A stretch of DNA of 64,000 bases, from the NCBI GenBank assembly GCA_013239625.1, contig MU053520.1, forward strand, positions 62,001-126,000. The letters are read 5' to 3'. Position numbers and translations under genes: made by a program. Within the stretch, counting starts at the first letter, position 1. Each line of letters begins with the position of its first letter. This stretch comes from Lama guanicoe. Lineage: Eukaryota. Under the pieces are notes generated by a model that saw only the letters and a list, made by a program, of their open reading frames with translations, was not told the origin of the DNA and made no database searches. Of the stretch, positions 38,593 to 52,880 are shown piece after piece.

Positions 38593-40101
38593 ATATATAT
38601 CTAATAACCATGACAAAGTCTCCTGATGGCCTCCAGAACAGGTGATTTTTCACAGGGAGATAACTTACTGCTTTTCTCACAGCTCTGCCATCCATAGAGT
38701 GGTTTCTAGGTCTCTATTATGGATTCTTCCTTCAAGTGAGTTGGGTTTCATGTTCTATTCAAGGGTGTGTGTGTGTATTTACATGGTTTGTAGGGATCGG
38801 TTGGCAAACAGAAAGGATGTAGACTGACAATTGGCAGACAGTCAAGACCAATAACTAAAACTGGATAATCTGACATCAAACAAACCTCACTTGCCATGTT
38901 TTGCTTTTACATTTCTGATATTGCTACTAAGTATGCTGTTTTCAGAATTCTGTTGACTTCCTTATGTCATTTTGCTCTAAATTAAAATATATGGGGAAAA
39001 ATGAGAAACCATTTTGTCACAAGTTGAATTGTTGATGTTTTCTTCCTTTGACAAGCCCTGACTTGTTTTCTAGCACTATCACATATGTTCTAGTATATTT
39101 TTCTGTGTTTTGTCTTACTTGAAATGAGCTATAATATTTTACATCATGGCATTGATTTTCTTTTTAAAAGGATTCTCTATTCCATTATACTTCCTGATCA
39201 ATTTATATCATTTTGCATGAGAAGTTTTATTTTTCTTACTACAAAGAATGTTTTTATTTTGCATTAGTCAATATGCCATTTGCAAAATATTAAATTATAT
39301 CCCCAAAGTTTATTTTGAAAAGTGTTAGTTTGCTTTAAAAAAAAGTCAGGCCACTTAACAATTTCAATTTCTTTTTTTGATGTGTGTTTTTGCTTATTTA
39401 TTGACCACATATTTGTTATACCAGAACTCATAGGCAGTGCTGAAGTTAAAATCATAATAATCATTATAATTAAAGAGAAATTTAAAATAATGATATTATT
39501 ATAACAATGTATATTAAGTTGTCACCAAATGCTAGACAGTATGCAAAAGGGCTTTATGACTTTTTAAGTAATAATAATAAACATTCATTGAATGTTTATG
39601 CCCTGAGAAATTTCAATGTGGTTTGTATAAAGAGCATATATCATTCTCAGAAACATTCTATGATGTAGGTACTGCAATTACTCCCATATTCCAATGAGAA
39701 GCTAAGACAAAGAGGAATCTAAGAGACTTGATCACAGATAGTAAGTGGTAGAGGTGGGACTCTAAGTCTCTTAATTACTACAGTATTTTTGAAGGTATTG
39801 CTGTTATTGTCATTGTATATTTTGCTTTGCTATCTAGAAAGCAAATAAAAGATGAAAGTCCTCCAAAGGAATGCACTTAAATTCCCATTTGCCTACAAAA
39901 TTTACTTAGAAATTTATTTAGAAAGTTTAATCCCTCTTTCACAGCATCACCTTTCCTAGTTATGACAGAAAAAGCCTCTAGACCTTTTAGTGTGCTGCCT
40001 CCAAACTCACAGCTGTTTTAAAATATTACAGCCACCAGTTTTTGGATACATTGCTGTACTAAAGGACTCAAACAGGAGTAAGAGGCTCAGTTTGTACCCA
40101 T

Positions 40102-40152
40102 ATTTTTACATTTATTTTAATTGAGTTATAGTCAGTTTACAATGTTGTGTCA
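40102..40152 (-). mobile_element. Ultra-short L1 3' terminal insertion
   Basis: 'attgagttatagtcagtttacaatgttgtgtca' matches 8386-8418. T-rich tail. TSD tgtacccat at 40093-40101 and 40153-40161. Confidence 0.85.
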
Positions 40153-40809
40153 TGTACCCATTTTCCCCCTAATTTTGCCTTCATGTGTTAATTACTTTGT
40201 AACAACACATACTTTTACAAATTCTTTCTGCCCTATAACTTAGATTTGATACTAGGTTCTATTATAATGATTATGACTTTGTCACCTGTCATATGAAACT
40301 TTTTATATTTTTAAATTATCCTTGAAATAGTTCTTTCTGGCATCTTTCAAATCCTATTAGACAATTAATTTATGATAGGAAATCTTCATCTCTTTCACCA
40401 TTTTCCTTCAGTCTTTCTCAGAGTAGGAACTCAGTAAATGTTTGTTGAAATGAATTAAAAGAAATTGACCCCCAGTGATAGTAAATGGCTCACAAAATTA
40501 CTATCAAATATTCTTTAAAGTGTACTTTAGTCTAGAAGTTTGAGGATCTAGGCAGATAGTTGAGAAATTTAGTTCTATATATATTTATTCAAGATTTTTA
40601 CCATGTCTTTCTTTTTTCTTAGATGTACTCCCAATACATTTGGTTAAATTTACATATAATAAAATGTGCATATCATAAGTGCAAAATTCACTAAGCTCAT
40701 TCAAAACTAGCAAGTACAAATAAACTATGATAGTATTTCATTAGTGCACAAGAAGCATCTGAATAGATTTGTGAAGAAAATTATTTTAATGAATATACTA
40801 CTGTTATGT

Positions 40810-41095
40810 GCTGTATGGACTGAATTGTTCCCCTCAAAATTTATGTGTTGATATTACTCCCAGTATCTCAGAATGTGACCATAGTTGGAAATAGGGTCAT
40901 TGCAGAAATGATTAGTTAAGAACACAGAAATAAAGCCATGTTAAGATTGGAAGTTATACTGTTATACTGGAGTTATACTGATTGGAGTTATAAAGCCCAG
41001 GAGAAAGACTTGAACATATTCTTCTCTGGTGCCTTCATTTAGAAAATGGCCCTGCTGACATCTTGATCTCAGTATTTTAGATTTCAGGGCTGAGA
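40810..41095. mobile_element. MLT1 (MaLR) LTR fragment
   Basis: 'tgtatggactgaattgttcccctcaaaatttatgtgttga...cccagtatctcagaatgtgacc...ggccctgctgacatcttgatctcag'. Confidence 0.75.
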
Positions 41096-41806
41096 CAAGA
41101 AGATAGAAATTATTTCAAGCATCTTTTCTGACCATAATGCTATGAAACTAGAAATCAACCCCAGAAAAGCAAAAGAGGAATAAAAGGACATTATGGAGAT
41201 TAAACAACATGCTACTAAAAAAGCAATAGGTTAATGATGAAATCAAAGAAGAAATAAAAAAAATACTTTGAAACAAATAACAATAAAAACACAGCCACAC
41301 AAAACCTATGGGATGCAGCAAAAGCAGTCCTATGAGGGAAGTGCATAGTGATATAGGCCTTCCCCTCAAAACAAGAACAATCTCAAGGAAACAACCTAAT
41401 CTGCCACCTAAAAGTATTAGAAAAAGAGAAGCAAAGAAAACTTAAATTTATCAGAAGGATTAAAATCAGGGAAGAAATAAAATAGAGATAAAAAATAGAA
41501 AAAAAATCAATTAAACCAAGAGTTTTTTTTTTTTTAAGAGAAAACAAAATTATCACACCTCTGGCCAGGCTCACCAAGAAACAAAGAGGAAGAACACAAA
41601 TAAAATAAGAAATGAAAATGGAGAAATTACAACCAATACCACAGAAGTACAAAAAACCATGAGAATACTATGAGCAACCATATGAGAACAAATTAGACAA
41701 CCTAGAAGAAATGGACAAGTTTCTGGAAACATGCAGTCCACAAAAACTGAATGAAGAATATGCCACTTGAACAGACCAGTTGGTACAAATGAAATAGAAT
41801 CAGCAA

Positions 41807-41841
<35 letters not shown>

Positions 41842-44500
41842 ACCCAAAAAACTCCCTACAAATAAAACCCCAAGATCAAATGTCTTCACTGGGGAATTAT
41901 ACTAAACATTCAAAGAACTCATACCAATCCTTCTCAAACTCTTCCAAAAGACTGAAACGGAGGGAGTACTCCCAAACTCATTCTATGAAGCCATTATATC
42001 AAAACCAGGCAAATATACAATCAGAGAAGAAAATTACAGGCCAATGTTATTGATGAACATAGATGCAAAAGTCCTCAACAAAATATTAGTGGACAGATAT
42101 AGCATAGCATATAAAATATATAGCAATAGCATATAAGAAAAGATGATACACCATGATCGAGTTGGTTCATCCCAGGGACACAAGGAAGTTTCAACATACA
42201 GAAATCAATCAGTGTGACACACCACATCAACAAGAGAAAGGACAAAAACCACATGATCATCTCAATAGATGCAGAAAAAGCATTGGATAACATTTAATAA
42301 CGATTTATTATAAAAACTCTTATCAAGGTGGGTATAGAGAGAACATATTTCAACACAGTAAAAACTATTAATGACAAACCCACAGCCAGCATAATACTCA
42401 ATGGTGAAACACTAAAGCCTTCCCACTAAAATCTGGAACAAGACAAGGATGCCCACCCTCACCATTTTTATTCAGCAAAGTCTTGGAAGTCCTAGCCACA
42501 GCACCCAGGCTAGAAAAAGAAATAAAAGGGATCCAAATTGGAGAGATGTAAAATTGTCACTTTATGCAGATGACATGATACTATGTATAGAAAACCCTAA
42601 AAGCCCCAGACAAAAAATACTAGAGATGGTAAAAGTATTTGGCAAGATAGCAGGATACAAGATTAACATACAGAAATCAGTGTATTTCTTTATACTAACA
42701 ATGAATTAACAGGAAAAGAAAGTATAGAAACAATTCCTTTTAAAATTCAATCCAAAACAATAAAATACTTAGGAATAAATCTGAACAAGGATGTGAAATA
42801 TTTATACATTGAAACTTATACAAAATAAATACTTATACAAAATATTGATTAAGGAAATTAAAGCTGACTTAACAAAATGGAAACACATCCCATGCTTTTG
42901 GATTGGAAAAATCAATATTGTTAAAATGGCCATATTGTCCAAGGCAATCTACAGATTTAATGTAATTCCTATCAAATTACCCGGGACATTTTTAACAGAA
43001 CTAGAACAAATAATACTAAAATTTATATGGAATCACAAAAGACCCACACTTGCCAAAACAATGTTGAAGAAAATGAATGAAACTGAAGGAATAACCTTCT
43101 CAGACTTCAGATAATACCACAGAGCTACAGTAATCAAAACAGTGTGATATTGGCATAAAAACAAATACATGGATCAATGGCACACAATAAAGAGCCCAAA
43201 AATAAACCCACAGACTTACAGTTTTTGACAAAGGAGGCAAGAACGTACAATGGAGAAAAGACAGTCTCTTCAGCAAGTAGTGTTGGGTAGAAAAAAACAT
43301 AGGCAAAATATGCTCTGACATAAATCTTAGCAAAGTTTTCCTATGGCAGTCTAACCAGGCAATAGAAATAGAACAAAAAATTAACAAATGGGACCAAATT
43401 AAATTTATAAGCTTTTTCACCACAAAGGAAACCATAAGCAAAACAAAATGACAACTTACAGAATGGGAGAAAATATTTGTAAAAGATGAGACTGACAAGG
43501 GCTTAATTTCCAGAATATATAAACAGCTCATACAAGTTAATAATAAAAAACAAACAAAGAAACAACCTAGTCCAAAAATGGGTAGAAGACATATACAAGC
43601 AATTCTCCAAGGAAGACATACAAGCTGCCAATAAGCCCATGAAAAAATGCTCTATATCGCTGATTATCAGAGAAATGCAAATCAAAACTACAATGAGGTA
43701 TCACCTAACACCAGCCAGAATGGCCATCATTCAAAAGTTCACAAATGATAAATGCTGGAGAGGGTGTGGATTGAAAAAAAAAAATCTCCTACATTGCTGG
43801 TGGAAATGTAGTTTTATGCAGCCATTATGGAAAACAGTATGGAGATTCCTCAAAAGACTAAAAATATATTTATCATATAATCCAGCAACCCCAGCCTTGG
43901 GCGTATATCCAGAGGGAACTTTAATTTGAAAAGATATATTCACCCCAGTGTTCATAGCAGCACTATATACAATAGCCAAGATATGGCAGTAGCCTAAAGG
44001 TCCTTTGAAAGATGACTGGATAAACAAGTTGTGGTATATTTATACAATGGAATACTACTTAATGATAAAAAGAAATAAAATATTGCAACATAGATCGACC
44101 TAGAAATCATCATTCTAAGTGAAGTAAACCAGAAGAAGAAAGAAAATACCATATGATATCACTCATCTGTGGAATTAAAAAAAAAAGTACACTTTGATCT
44201 CATATACAAAACAGAAACAGACTCACAGACATAGTAAACAATATTATGGTTACTGCAGGAAAGGAGATAGGAAGGGAAAAATTGGGGAGTTTGAGGTTTG
44301 CAAATGTTAGCCACTATATATAAAAACAGTTTAATAAAAACAAGTTTTTTTTTTGTATAGCACAGGGAACTATATTCAATATCTTGTAATAACCTTTAAT
44401 GAAAAAGAATATATGTATGTATATGCATGACTGGGACATTATTCTGTACACCAGAGATTGACCTATTGTAACTGACTGTAATTAATTTTTTTAAAAAATA
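41096..44500 (+). mobile_element. 5'-truncated LINE-1 (~3.4 kb of ORF2 + 3'UTR)
   Basis: [27 protein letters not shown] and [11 protein letters not shown] motifs. (AATA)n at ~41806-41841. Internal deletion at ~43288. Confidence 0.93.
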
Positions 44501-44516
44501 AGAAATATGAAAAAAA

Positions 44517-45350
44517 ATCATTGAGCTAGAAGAAAAAGTGGAAATCACTACAGTAGAACAGAAAAATATAAAATAAAATAAAAATAATGAAAACAAATGA
44601 AGATGGTTTAAGAAACCTCTGGGACAATATAAAGCACACAACATTCACATTATAGGGATCCCAAAAGGAGAAGAAACAGGAAAGTCCCAAGAAAATATTT
44701 GAAGAGATAATAGCTGAAAACTTCCCTAATGTGGGGAAGGAAACAGTCACCCAAATCTAGGAAGCGCAGAGAGTCCCATGCAGGATTACATCCAAGAGGA
44801 GCACACCATAACATATAGTTATTAAAATTTCAAAGATTAAAGATAAAGAAATAATATTAAAAACATCAAAAGAAAAGAAACAAATAACATACAAGAGAAC
44901 TCCCATAAGGTTATCAGTTGATTTTTCAGCAGAACCCCTGCAGGACAGAAGGGAGTGGCATGATACATTTAAAGTGATGAAAGAAAAACCCACAACTAAG
45001 CATATTATGTCCAGAAAGGCTCTTGTTCAGATTTGTTGGAGAAATCAAAAGCTTTATAGACAAGCAAAAGATAAAAGAATTTAGCACTACCACACCAGCT
45101 TTACTATAAATGCTAAAGGAACTTCTCTAAGCAGAGAAGAAAAGGCCACAACTAGAAAAAATCAAACAAAAAAATTCACTAGTAAAGACAAATGTATAGT
45201 AAAGGTAGGAAATCCTTCTTATACAATTTAATAGGAAGGGTATAAGGCAATAGTAGTAAAATTTTCTATCCACAATCAGCAGTTAAGAGATACACAAAAT
45301 AAATGTAAATATGATATCAAATCCAGTTATTGTGAAGGTAGTACAGATGG
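44517..45350 (+). mobile_element. Older L1 ORF1 and inter-ORF fragment
   Basis: 'ctctgggacaatataaagcac...cattatagggatccc...gaaaacttccctaat...ggttatcagttgatttttcagcagaa', similar to 30890-31560. Confidence 0.85.
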
Positions 45351-45424
45351 ATAGTTTTTTGCCAATATTTGTGGAAGAGACTTTTAAGATTTTTCATTGG
45401 CCTATTTTTCAAAATAGACCCTTC

Positions 45425-45428
45425 CTTT

Positions 45429-45512
<84 letters not shown>

Positions 45513-45528
45513 TTTCTTTCTTTCTTTC
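45425..45528. repeat. (TTTC)n microsatellite
   Basis: Direct inspection. Confidence 0.97.
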
Positions 45529-45539
45529 TGATAAGGATT

Positions 45540-47250
45540 ACCTTGGTTTCTGGAGAAGACCAGGGTAATGACTTACATCTCAAAAGGCATAGAGAAAGAC
45601 GTTCTACCAAGAAGGACTTTTGTTTTCAAAATCCTGATCTTTTACAATACCTGCAAACATTTTGAGATGAATAGGGGAGTTTTCAAGATCAGTAAAAAAG
45701 ATAGGTGGGCTTCAAATTGTTTCCAGAACCACATTTCTGTTTTCATAAAGACTAGATTTGTAAGACAACTACAGTTTGTTTGTTTTATTTTTATTCCTCA
45801 AAGAATTCCATTGCAACCTGAATAATATCAAGAAACTTCCCCACCCATCCAACTACATTATTTTCAATTTGCCTTTTTATATTAGGAAGATCTTCAACTA
45901 AGATGGAAATCAAAAGTTTCCCATTTTAGATTTAGAATTACATGTCTTTGAATATGTTTTAGCAAATACTCTCAGAAAGGTTTCAGAATGTTTTTAATTT
46001 CTCTTGGGTTCATAGTTTCACTTTTAGCTTAGATTAAAAAAGGTTCCTATCAGGTTTGACTATCAGTTTCCAATTTGGCCAACTTCTGGCCATGGAACTA
46101 CTTTACAGAAAATCCTTTCAAATATTTTGTCAATTTTCAGCTAGGACAAACAGTAAATATTTATGTAAACAGTATATCCTGGCAGTATTGAACAACCCCA
46201 TGAATGCACAAGGTGTCCCCAAAAAGGGTGCAAAAAATACTACCCCCTAGGTCCAGGGCAACTCCTAAAGATAAACCAAAAGAAAGAAAAACTTAGGTAA
46301 TTCTTCTGAGGGTTGGCAACAGTGGTAGGAATCTAGCCACAAATTGACTCTATTTCACACTTCTGTACAGCCATATCTAGCCACAAATGCACAAATAGGG
46401 TGCACCCCACATTTCTCTCTGGCCATATTTTGGGGGCTCACAACATGACAGTTGTCAAGCCAAGTTATCAGGACTCTAAATGAGACAAAGAAGAAGACAA
46501 CAGCTGTCCCTGGGAGAGAAAGGATGGACAAGCAGTGGGGACCTGAAAGCAAATTCACAAGTCATGATTCAATGACCCAGTTCTTACAAATGATTTCCGC
46601 CTGACAATATACATTTTGAAAGGAAGGGGCAACATGAAATTTTACCTTCCTTTCTTAACTAGGAACCATAGGAAAAAGATCTGAGAGAGCTGACTTTGTT
46701 AAGAATTCTCACCCTTTGCTGACTTCTGCCATTTTTCTCAGAATCTTGTCTGAAGGCTCAAGAGTGAGTGAGGTATCCCAGTGTGTCTCATCCTGTTCAC
46801 CAAAAGACTTTAAGTAGAATAAATAATTTTCTCTCTACCCTTTACGATGAGTATTTGGCTGAGACCCCTTTTACTCTAAGGGGATAAACATTCCTAGGAT
46901 CAAATTTCTCCACTGTGTCCACTGTAACTTAAAATTATCTTTTCTAACTTTAGTCTGCTTTTTTAGTCTTAAAACAAAATTTTATCTGAGGCTTCACACT
47001 GGATTCAGTCCGAGTTAAGTTAGACCCAGCCCAGCTCTGGCAAATTTCCAGACTCAGTCCAGGGGGAAAAAAAAAAAAGCTTAAATAAAATCTGAAATCT
47101 CATCATGTGAAATCTGAGGGCTGGGATCTAAGAGTGACTCACTATCTCTAGAGGCAGCGAGAAAGTAGCAAGTTCAAGGAGCTTAGCAGGTACCTACATC
47201 TGATTGCTTTTTGCTTCTGGGGTCCCCCTTTGTTTCCTCTTCTAAAAACA
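45540..47250 (-). mobile_element. Probable degenerate ERV internal/leader sequence
   Basis: Abuts the LTR at 47254. PBS-like 'ttttggtgaacagga' on the minus strand at ~46791-46805. No recognisable retroviral ORF. Confidence 0.4.
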
Positions 47251-47253
47251 GAG

Positions 47254-47637
47254 CTGTGAAAAGATAAACTGAGGCATATTAAAATTGTAAGAGTTTACTT
47301 GAGTGAAAATTAGTTTGAATCATGCAACATTTAATCTAGCAGATAAAAATCAGGCCTGAGGAGCTGTACCAAATAAAAGACTCATAGTCAGAAGGAAGTA
47401 GGACTGAGAAAGTTATATTAGGGAAAAGGTAGATTGGTTATTGCAAGGTTACTTTCCTTTATGGATGGCAAGGGTCTATCAGACAGATTACTTAGCTAGT
47501 GTGTTCAGGCCATTCCTGACTGATTGGTTTAACATTCCATCTCTGGGAGAGGCAAAACTGCAATCAAGTTTCAGTTTGGTGACATGGGGCTTAGCCTAAG
47601 TGACTCCACTTTGGGCCTGTTATCTTGTTTTTAACAA
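47254..47637 (-). mobile_element. ERV1-class (MER41-like) LTR
   Basis: TGT...ACA termini. Minus strand begins tgttaaaaacaagataacaggcccaaagtggagtcactt and ends atgcctcagtttatcttttcaca, with CCAAT boxes. Confidence 0.7.
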
Positions 47638-48852
47638 TGGAGAAGCTTGCATTTTTAGTATACCGGTGAAGTATGGATTTCCTGACATTATGTACAGCAT
47701 TATATCTTTCTGGGTTTAACCCACATTCAAGTTTAACTTCTAAAAATACACCACTGACATTCATCATGAGCAAAACATCTCTGCAACCTCAGGGCTTGTT
47801 ACAATGCCTGGCGAAGTAGGGAAGCTGTAAATATTGAATTTCAGGGCTCAGTGGGCTTTTTTGTAAAGTCATTTGTGCCCATATTTTTTAAGTCAAATTT
47901 ATTTTGAAGTAAATTTGACATTTGATAAGATATACCAAGAAGCAAGCAACAAGTCTAGGTAGACTGGCCAACACATTTGGGCCTCACTGCATTAGCTTTC
48001 AGAATCAGAATATAAGTAAGAGTCTCAGAAATGTCTTTGTAAATGTGTAAATCTCAAGTAAAGATGAGCTACATGCAGATCTCCCCACTTCTACTGGTCT
48101 ATAACTATGAGCTCTGCCCTTGAAGGCAGACAACTGATACTCTGATTGCTCTTCAAATTAAAATACTCACCTGCTGTTTTCAAATGTTTTTTCTCTTTTG
48201 CCCTGCTATTGAACAAACATTGATTTCTAGCTCTTTTTTTTTAATAAGCAACAACATACCATGGATATTAGATACATCTTTCTTGCTCAGTAAAGAATTT
48301 AAGTTAGAGGTATATTAAAAGAAAGGAAGAGAGAGTGTGTGTGTGTAATTCCTGCACAGTCTGTTGATAGATTCCTACTATGAAAGTAATAAATCTGATA
48401 TAACAGATGGGACAGATTTAACTCACTAATTATTAGTATGTAGCTTACTACACATGAAAGTACTGTGGAAGGTAGTTATGACAGGATTACAGATAAAAGC
48501 AATTGGGCAAATAGACATATCAAAGATGGCTGATCATATCTGTGCTTAGAAAGCAGCACTGAACTCTTCTTTTGGATGAAGATTAGTATTTTAACAGGAA
48601 ATGAGTTAAAGGAAGGGGAAATAAACTTTACTTGACTATAGAAAACAATAGAGCAGATCCTACATGCTGAACACTGAGTGACCCATATATTAAATGGTCT
48701 ATTACTAATAACTATTTTAAAATATGTGTTTCACTTGAATTGTTTGTGAATTATACATGTTTATTTATTTTTAACTACTCCTTACATTCGACTTTGGAAA
48801 TAAATGTATGGAAAGAGAATAAAAGGAGAGGGAGAAGAGAGAAGGTGAGAGA

Positions 48853-48912
48853 GATTGATTGATTGATTGATTGACTGATTGACTGGTTGGTTGGTTGGTT
48901 GATTGGTTGATG
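48853..48912. repeat. Compound (GATT)n/(GGTT)n microsatellite
   Basis: Direct inspection. Confidence 0.9.
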
Positions 48913-49159
48913 ATTAAGGGAAAGACTCACAGTATCTCCAAATTTTCTGAATTTATTTAATACTTCTTGATTCGTTCATCAACTCAATGATACTTTAGAT
49001 CGATGACATATCTATTGGTTTATACCTTGTACTCTTCCCTTAGCATTGATTATAGTCTTTCTGTCTAAGAAACTAAGTTTATAGGTATACAGATATGAAT
49101 AAACTGTTACAGGAGTAAATTCATTCATGATTACTGTCACATACCAAAAATATGTGTCC

Positions 49160-49688
49160 ATAGTTAAAGCGAAAAAAAAATCATACTGGGCAAAATCAGT
49201 AGACAGAAGTTGATTTTATTCCAATATTGTTGCCAGCAAAAGGGGAGAGAATACAGATCAAATCTATATACCCAGAAATACCCAGCTCCAGAGGTCATAG
49301 GTCAACTGTGTTTGCTAACTGGCCTTACCCAAATTAATGAATTTTTCTTATTTTTCTTCATATCTTAATGACCAGAAGTAGTTTTATAACTTTGAGTAAA
49401 TTAAGCTCTTACCTTTTCACAGAAAAAACTGGGAGATAGGGACACTAACTTCCTTGATGATTACATTTCAAAGAAAAGGTTCCCAGGCCCTAGAGAAGTT
49501 ACTGGTATGTAAAACTGGAAACAAGCTTTCTAAAATGATTTATATCTCTAAGGGATAGATAAAGGATTTTCAATCACAAGTTTCTAAAATAAGAGCTCTA
49601 AGAAAGGGAAGGTCAGAAACTTAGAGTCAGGAAGATTGTCTTCTAAAGTTTAGTCAAACTGAGGAAAATATCAAGGCCTTCTTGGTCA
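49160..49688 (-). mobile_element. Probable ERV1-class LTR
   Basis: Minus strand begins tgaccaagaaggccttgatattttcctcagtttgactaaacttt, with AATAAA near the far end (ttttatt at ~49214). Confidence 0.5.
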
Positions 49689-50280
49689 TCATAAGGCCAC
49701 CTAACATTGATTCCAAAACATCAATATTCTGTTTGATCCAAAACACAACCTGAGGTATGGTTTGAATGTATCAAAATCCAAATTGACTAAATCAACTGGT
49801 TGCCTTGGAATATAGTAGCACAGCCAGTGACAAACACATAATCTTGCAAAGATAAGTGAAATAAGAGACAAGCAGAAAGAAATAACATTTGCTGAGATTT
49901 TTTTTTTCCTGTTTCAGCCCTTTAACTGTGTGCTGTTCATGCTTTAACATTAACCCTGGGACATTGGTGATTATGTCTTGTCTATTTAACAGATACAGAA
50001 AGTGAGGCTCAATAATGTGGCCTGTCTAATATCTCAAAATAGACTAGTTGGAAAGAGCTGGCATTTGGGCTTAAGTGTGACTAGTTTCCAAAGACTATAA
50101 GCAAAGCATTCAAGATGACTACCCTCTAAAATCACAGAGTGTGGTGTGAAAAAATGGACAGTTTCAATTGAGTAGAAGTTGACAAAATCTTGGGCATGAG
50201 GATAAGAGAAGAGAAACTTGTCCTCTGGCTCTTTTGAATGGTAAGGATAAAGTGGGAGAAAAGGGGCAGGGCACAACCAT

Positions 50281-50834
50281 TGAAGGAATGACACAGCCAC
50301 TGAGGGCAGGACAAACTGGTTAGAACCAAGATGGTGGAAGATTTGACTTCCAGTAGACCTTGAGCCTCATGGGTGCCATGACAATTCCCAGGCTGACCAT
50401 AAAAGGTCACGAAGTGGGCAGGGGGCATTCCCTAGAAACCCTGGCCCATTTCTTAAAGTAATTGGAATAATCCTCCTGCTCATTAGCATATGAAACTACT
50501 GAGCCCATAAAACCTAACAAATCTGCACCTCATGGTTGCTCTCACTCTGTTGTGCTCACCTTCTGAGACAGCCTGCACTCTGTCTATGGAGGATGTATCT
50601 GCTTTAACTTTAAACACCCTACACCCCTTGGCTTCTCTCCCTCTCACCTTTCTGAGATGGCCCACATTCTGCCTATGGAGTGTTTATCTCCTAAGCTGTT
50701 TCCTCTTCTGAGTGAGACAGACTGCTCTCTGTCTATGGAATGTGTATCTCACTAAGTGAACTTACTTTCATTTTACCATGCCTTGCTCTTGAATTCTTTC
50801 CTATGTGAGGCAAGAACCTATTTCCCCCCTAACA
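50281..50834 (+). mobile_element. Solo ERV LTR with internal short repeats
   Basis: caagatgg motif, TATA-like cataaaa, three '(ct)ctgtctatgga..tgtatct' units, and a 3' end 'tgaattctttcct...aagaacc...ccccctaaca'. Confidence 0.65.
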
Positions 50835-52669
50835 GGGAAAGCTAGTATTTCTTTTCTATCTCACAGTAAATTCTTCTAGATGATTCAGTTTTCCCTGTCT
50901 CTACCATATCTGAACAAGAAAGATGAATACTGTAAAGAGAAAAAATAAATTCATATATTGTTGTATTCCAGAAACCTTGACAAGAGGATTTCACATTAAT
51001 GGATTGTGCTCAGTGAAATTCCTGAACAGTTGGGTATGCACAGATCAGGTGACCCTCTAGGAGGAAACCAGGCCATTGAGAAGTCTTTGCAAATGGAGAT
51101 ACTGTTAGTCGGGGCATCTGACTGAAAATAGAATGGTTTTAATGCCCCAGGGATACGGTTTTCAGGAGGATTATTTCCTTCCTTCCTTCCTTCCATCTCC
51201 CCTTCCTTTCTTCCCTCTTTCATACGGGGCAGCAGTGTACACAATTATGAATTCTCAGCCTTCTACTTTGCCATCAGTGAATGTCGTGGCTCCACATTAT
51301 CAGACTCTGGAGAAGAAGCAGAAACTTCAGTCCAGTATTACATTGTCCTGGATTTTCAGGATTTATACTGATATTTTATTGTTTTCATTTGTTTATTGTG
51401 TTTGTTTTTATCTAAAAGTTTACTATTATCTAACTATCATTTATTTATCTACAGACAAAAATTTCAAAAATACCATAGAAAGAGTAACTAAACTTCTAAC
51501 ATGCTATATAATATTGCAAATGACTTTTTTTGCCTTAAACATAAATATCTTAAAAGTGCTTTTAGGGAAATATAAATTAGTAGAGAAAAACATTTAAATC
51601 ATAAGTGTACCAACCAACAGGCTGTCATGAAGTCAGTAACTCCTGTAAACACCACTCAGGCCAAGAATCAGCATCTCAGATGCCCTACCATGTGCTCTTT
51701 CAACAGAACCTCTGCATTGGATGCAGTAGAAACCCATATCTCCTATATCCAATCAGAGCTTCAGTTACTGTGGAGGCCAGTCTTGTTTTGGCTCAACTTT
51801 ACTCCTGGAGTGTAAACTTCAGAACACTTAACCCAATGTCCTGAGTGTGTGTGTAGTGGGGGTGGGGAAGGGGGGTTGCTGAACTCCAATTTCATCTCCT
51901 GGGCCTCATGGGCTTGTCCAAAATTCTGCTCAACTTCTCAGCTCTTCAGCTGCCTCTTCCATAATGTGCAGATGCTCTTGCCCTAGGGCAAATGTAACCC
52001 CAAATGCTAAGTTTATATTTCCGGGTTTCCTGCTCTCCAGGATCTTGATCCATTTGTTCCTCCTTGTCTTATTATCATGTTGTTGTTTTTGAGCAGAGTT
52101 TTTAAATTCAAATTTTCTACTTGTTTTCAGTGGGTGAGTGGGTCCATATTACTTATTTTACTATTATTGGCAGCAGCTCTCCATCTCACAGATATTTATG
52201 CCACTCTCACAACACTGTTAGACAGTAGAATAGGGTATCTGTGTGTGCATGTGCCAACAAAAAGTAGGTTTAAAAATGTTTAGCAATTTTCCTGACATTA
52301 CATCCCCAGTAAATGTCTATTTTATTGCTCTATGTACCTGATTTTAATTTGCCTATGAAATGGGCATTTAAGAGTTTGAAAAAGCACTTCTATTTACTTT
52401 CATAGGGAAATCTACATCTTAACATAGCTCTTCAGAACTTTATAAATAAAATCTCTTGGAATATGACCAGGATATTATAAACCATTACTTAACTTTTGTC
52501 TCTGTAACACTGATTTAGTTTCAGTAGAGCCTTAAATTATTGTTGGTTTTCAAGCATCCTTTAATTGAATTGGGATTATGGCATCCTAGAGCAAATAAAA
52601 CATTTTTATATTTGATTATTTCCCTCAAAAAGACTCAAATCAGTTTATTGTTTAAAATAATGAGCTCTT

Positions 52670-52880
52670 GAGCAGGAACACCTGTATTCAATCCTGACTC
52701 TGCTACTTGCTTTGGGACTTTGCACAAGTTAACCTCACCTTTGTGAGACTCAGTTTCCTCAGGGGTGCAATAAGACCAGTGATAGTTCCTATGACATGGA
52801 AGTGTTGTGAGATTAAATAAATGCCCTGAAACATTGGCAGTGTTCTTGGTACATATTCACTACTTAGTAAATATTTGTTA
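52670..52880 (+). mobile_element. MIR SINE
   Basis: 'ttcaatcctgactctgctacttgc...ctcagtttcctc...gtgagattaaataa...tagtaaat'. Confidence 0.75.

Noticed and set aside
45311..45665. Phe/Leu/Ser- and Lys/Glu/Arg-rich ORFs
   Set aside because: Translation artefacts of the (TTTC)n microsatellite.
51133..51597. 154-aa ORF with a hydrophobic stretch
   Set aside because: No recognisable domain. It runs through simple repeats and AT-rich sequence with no supportable exon structure.
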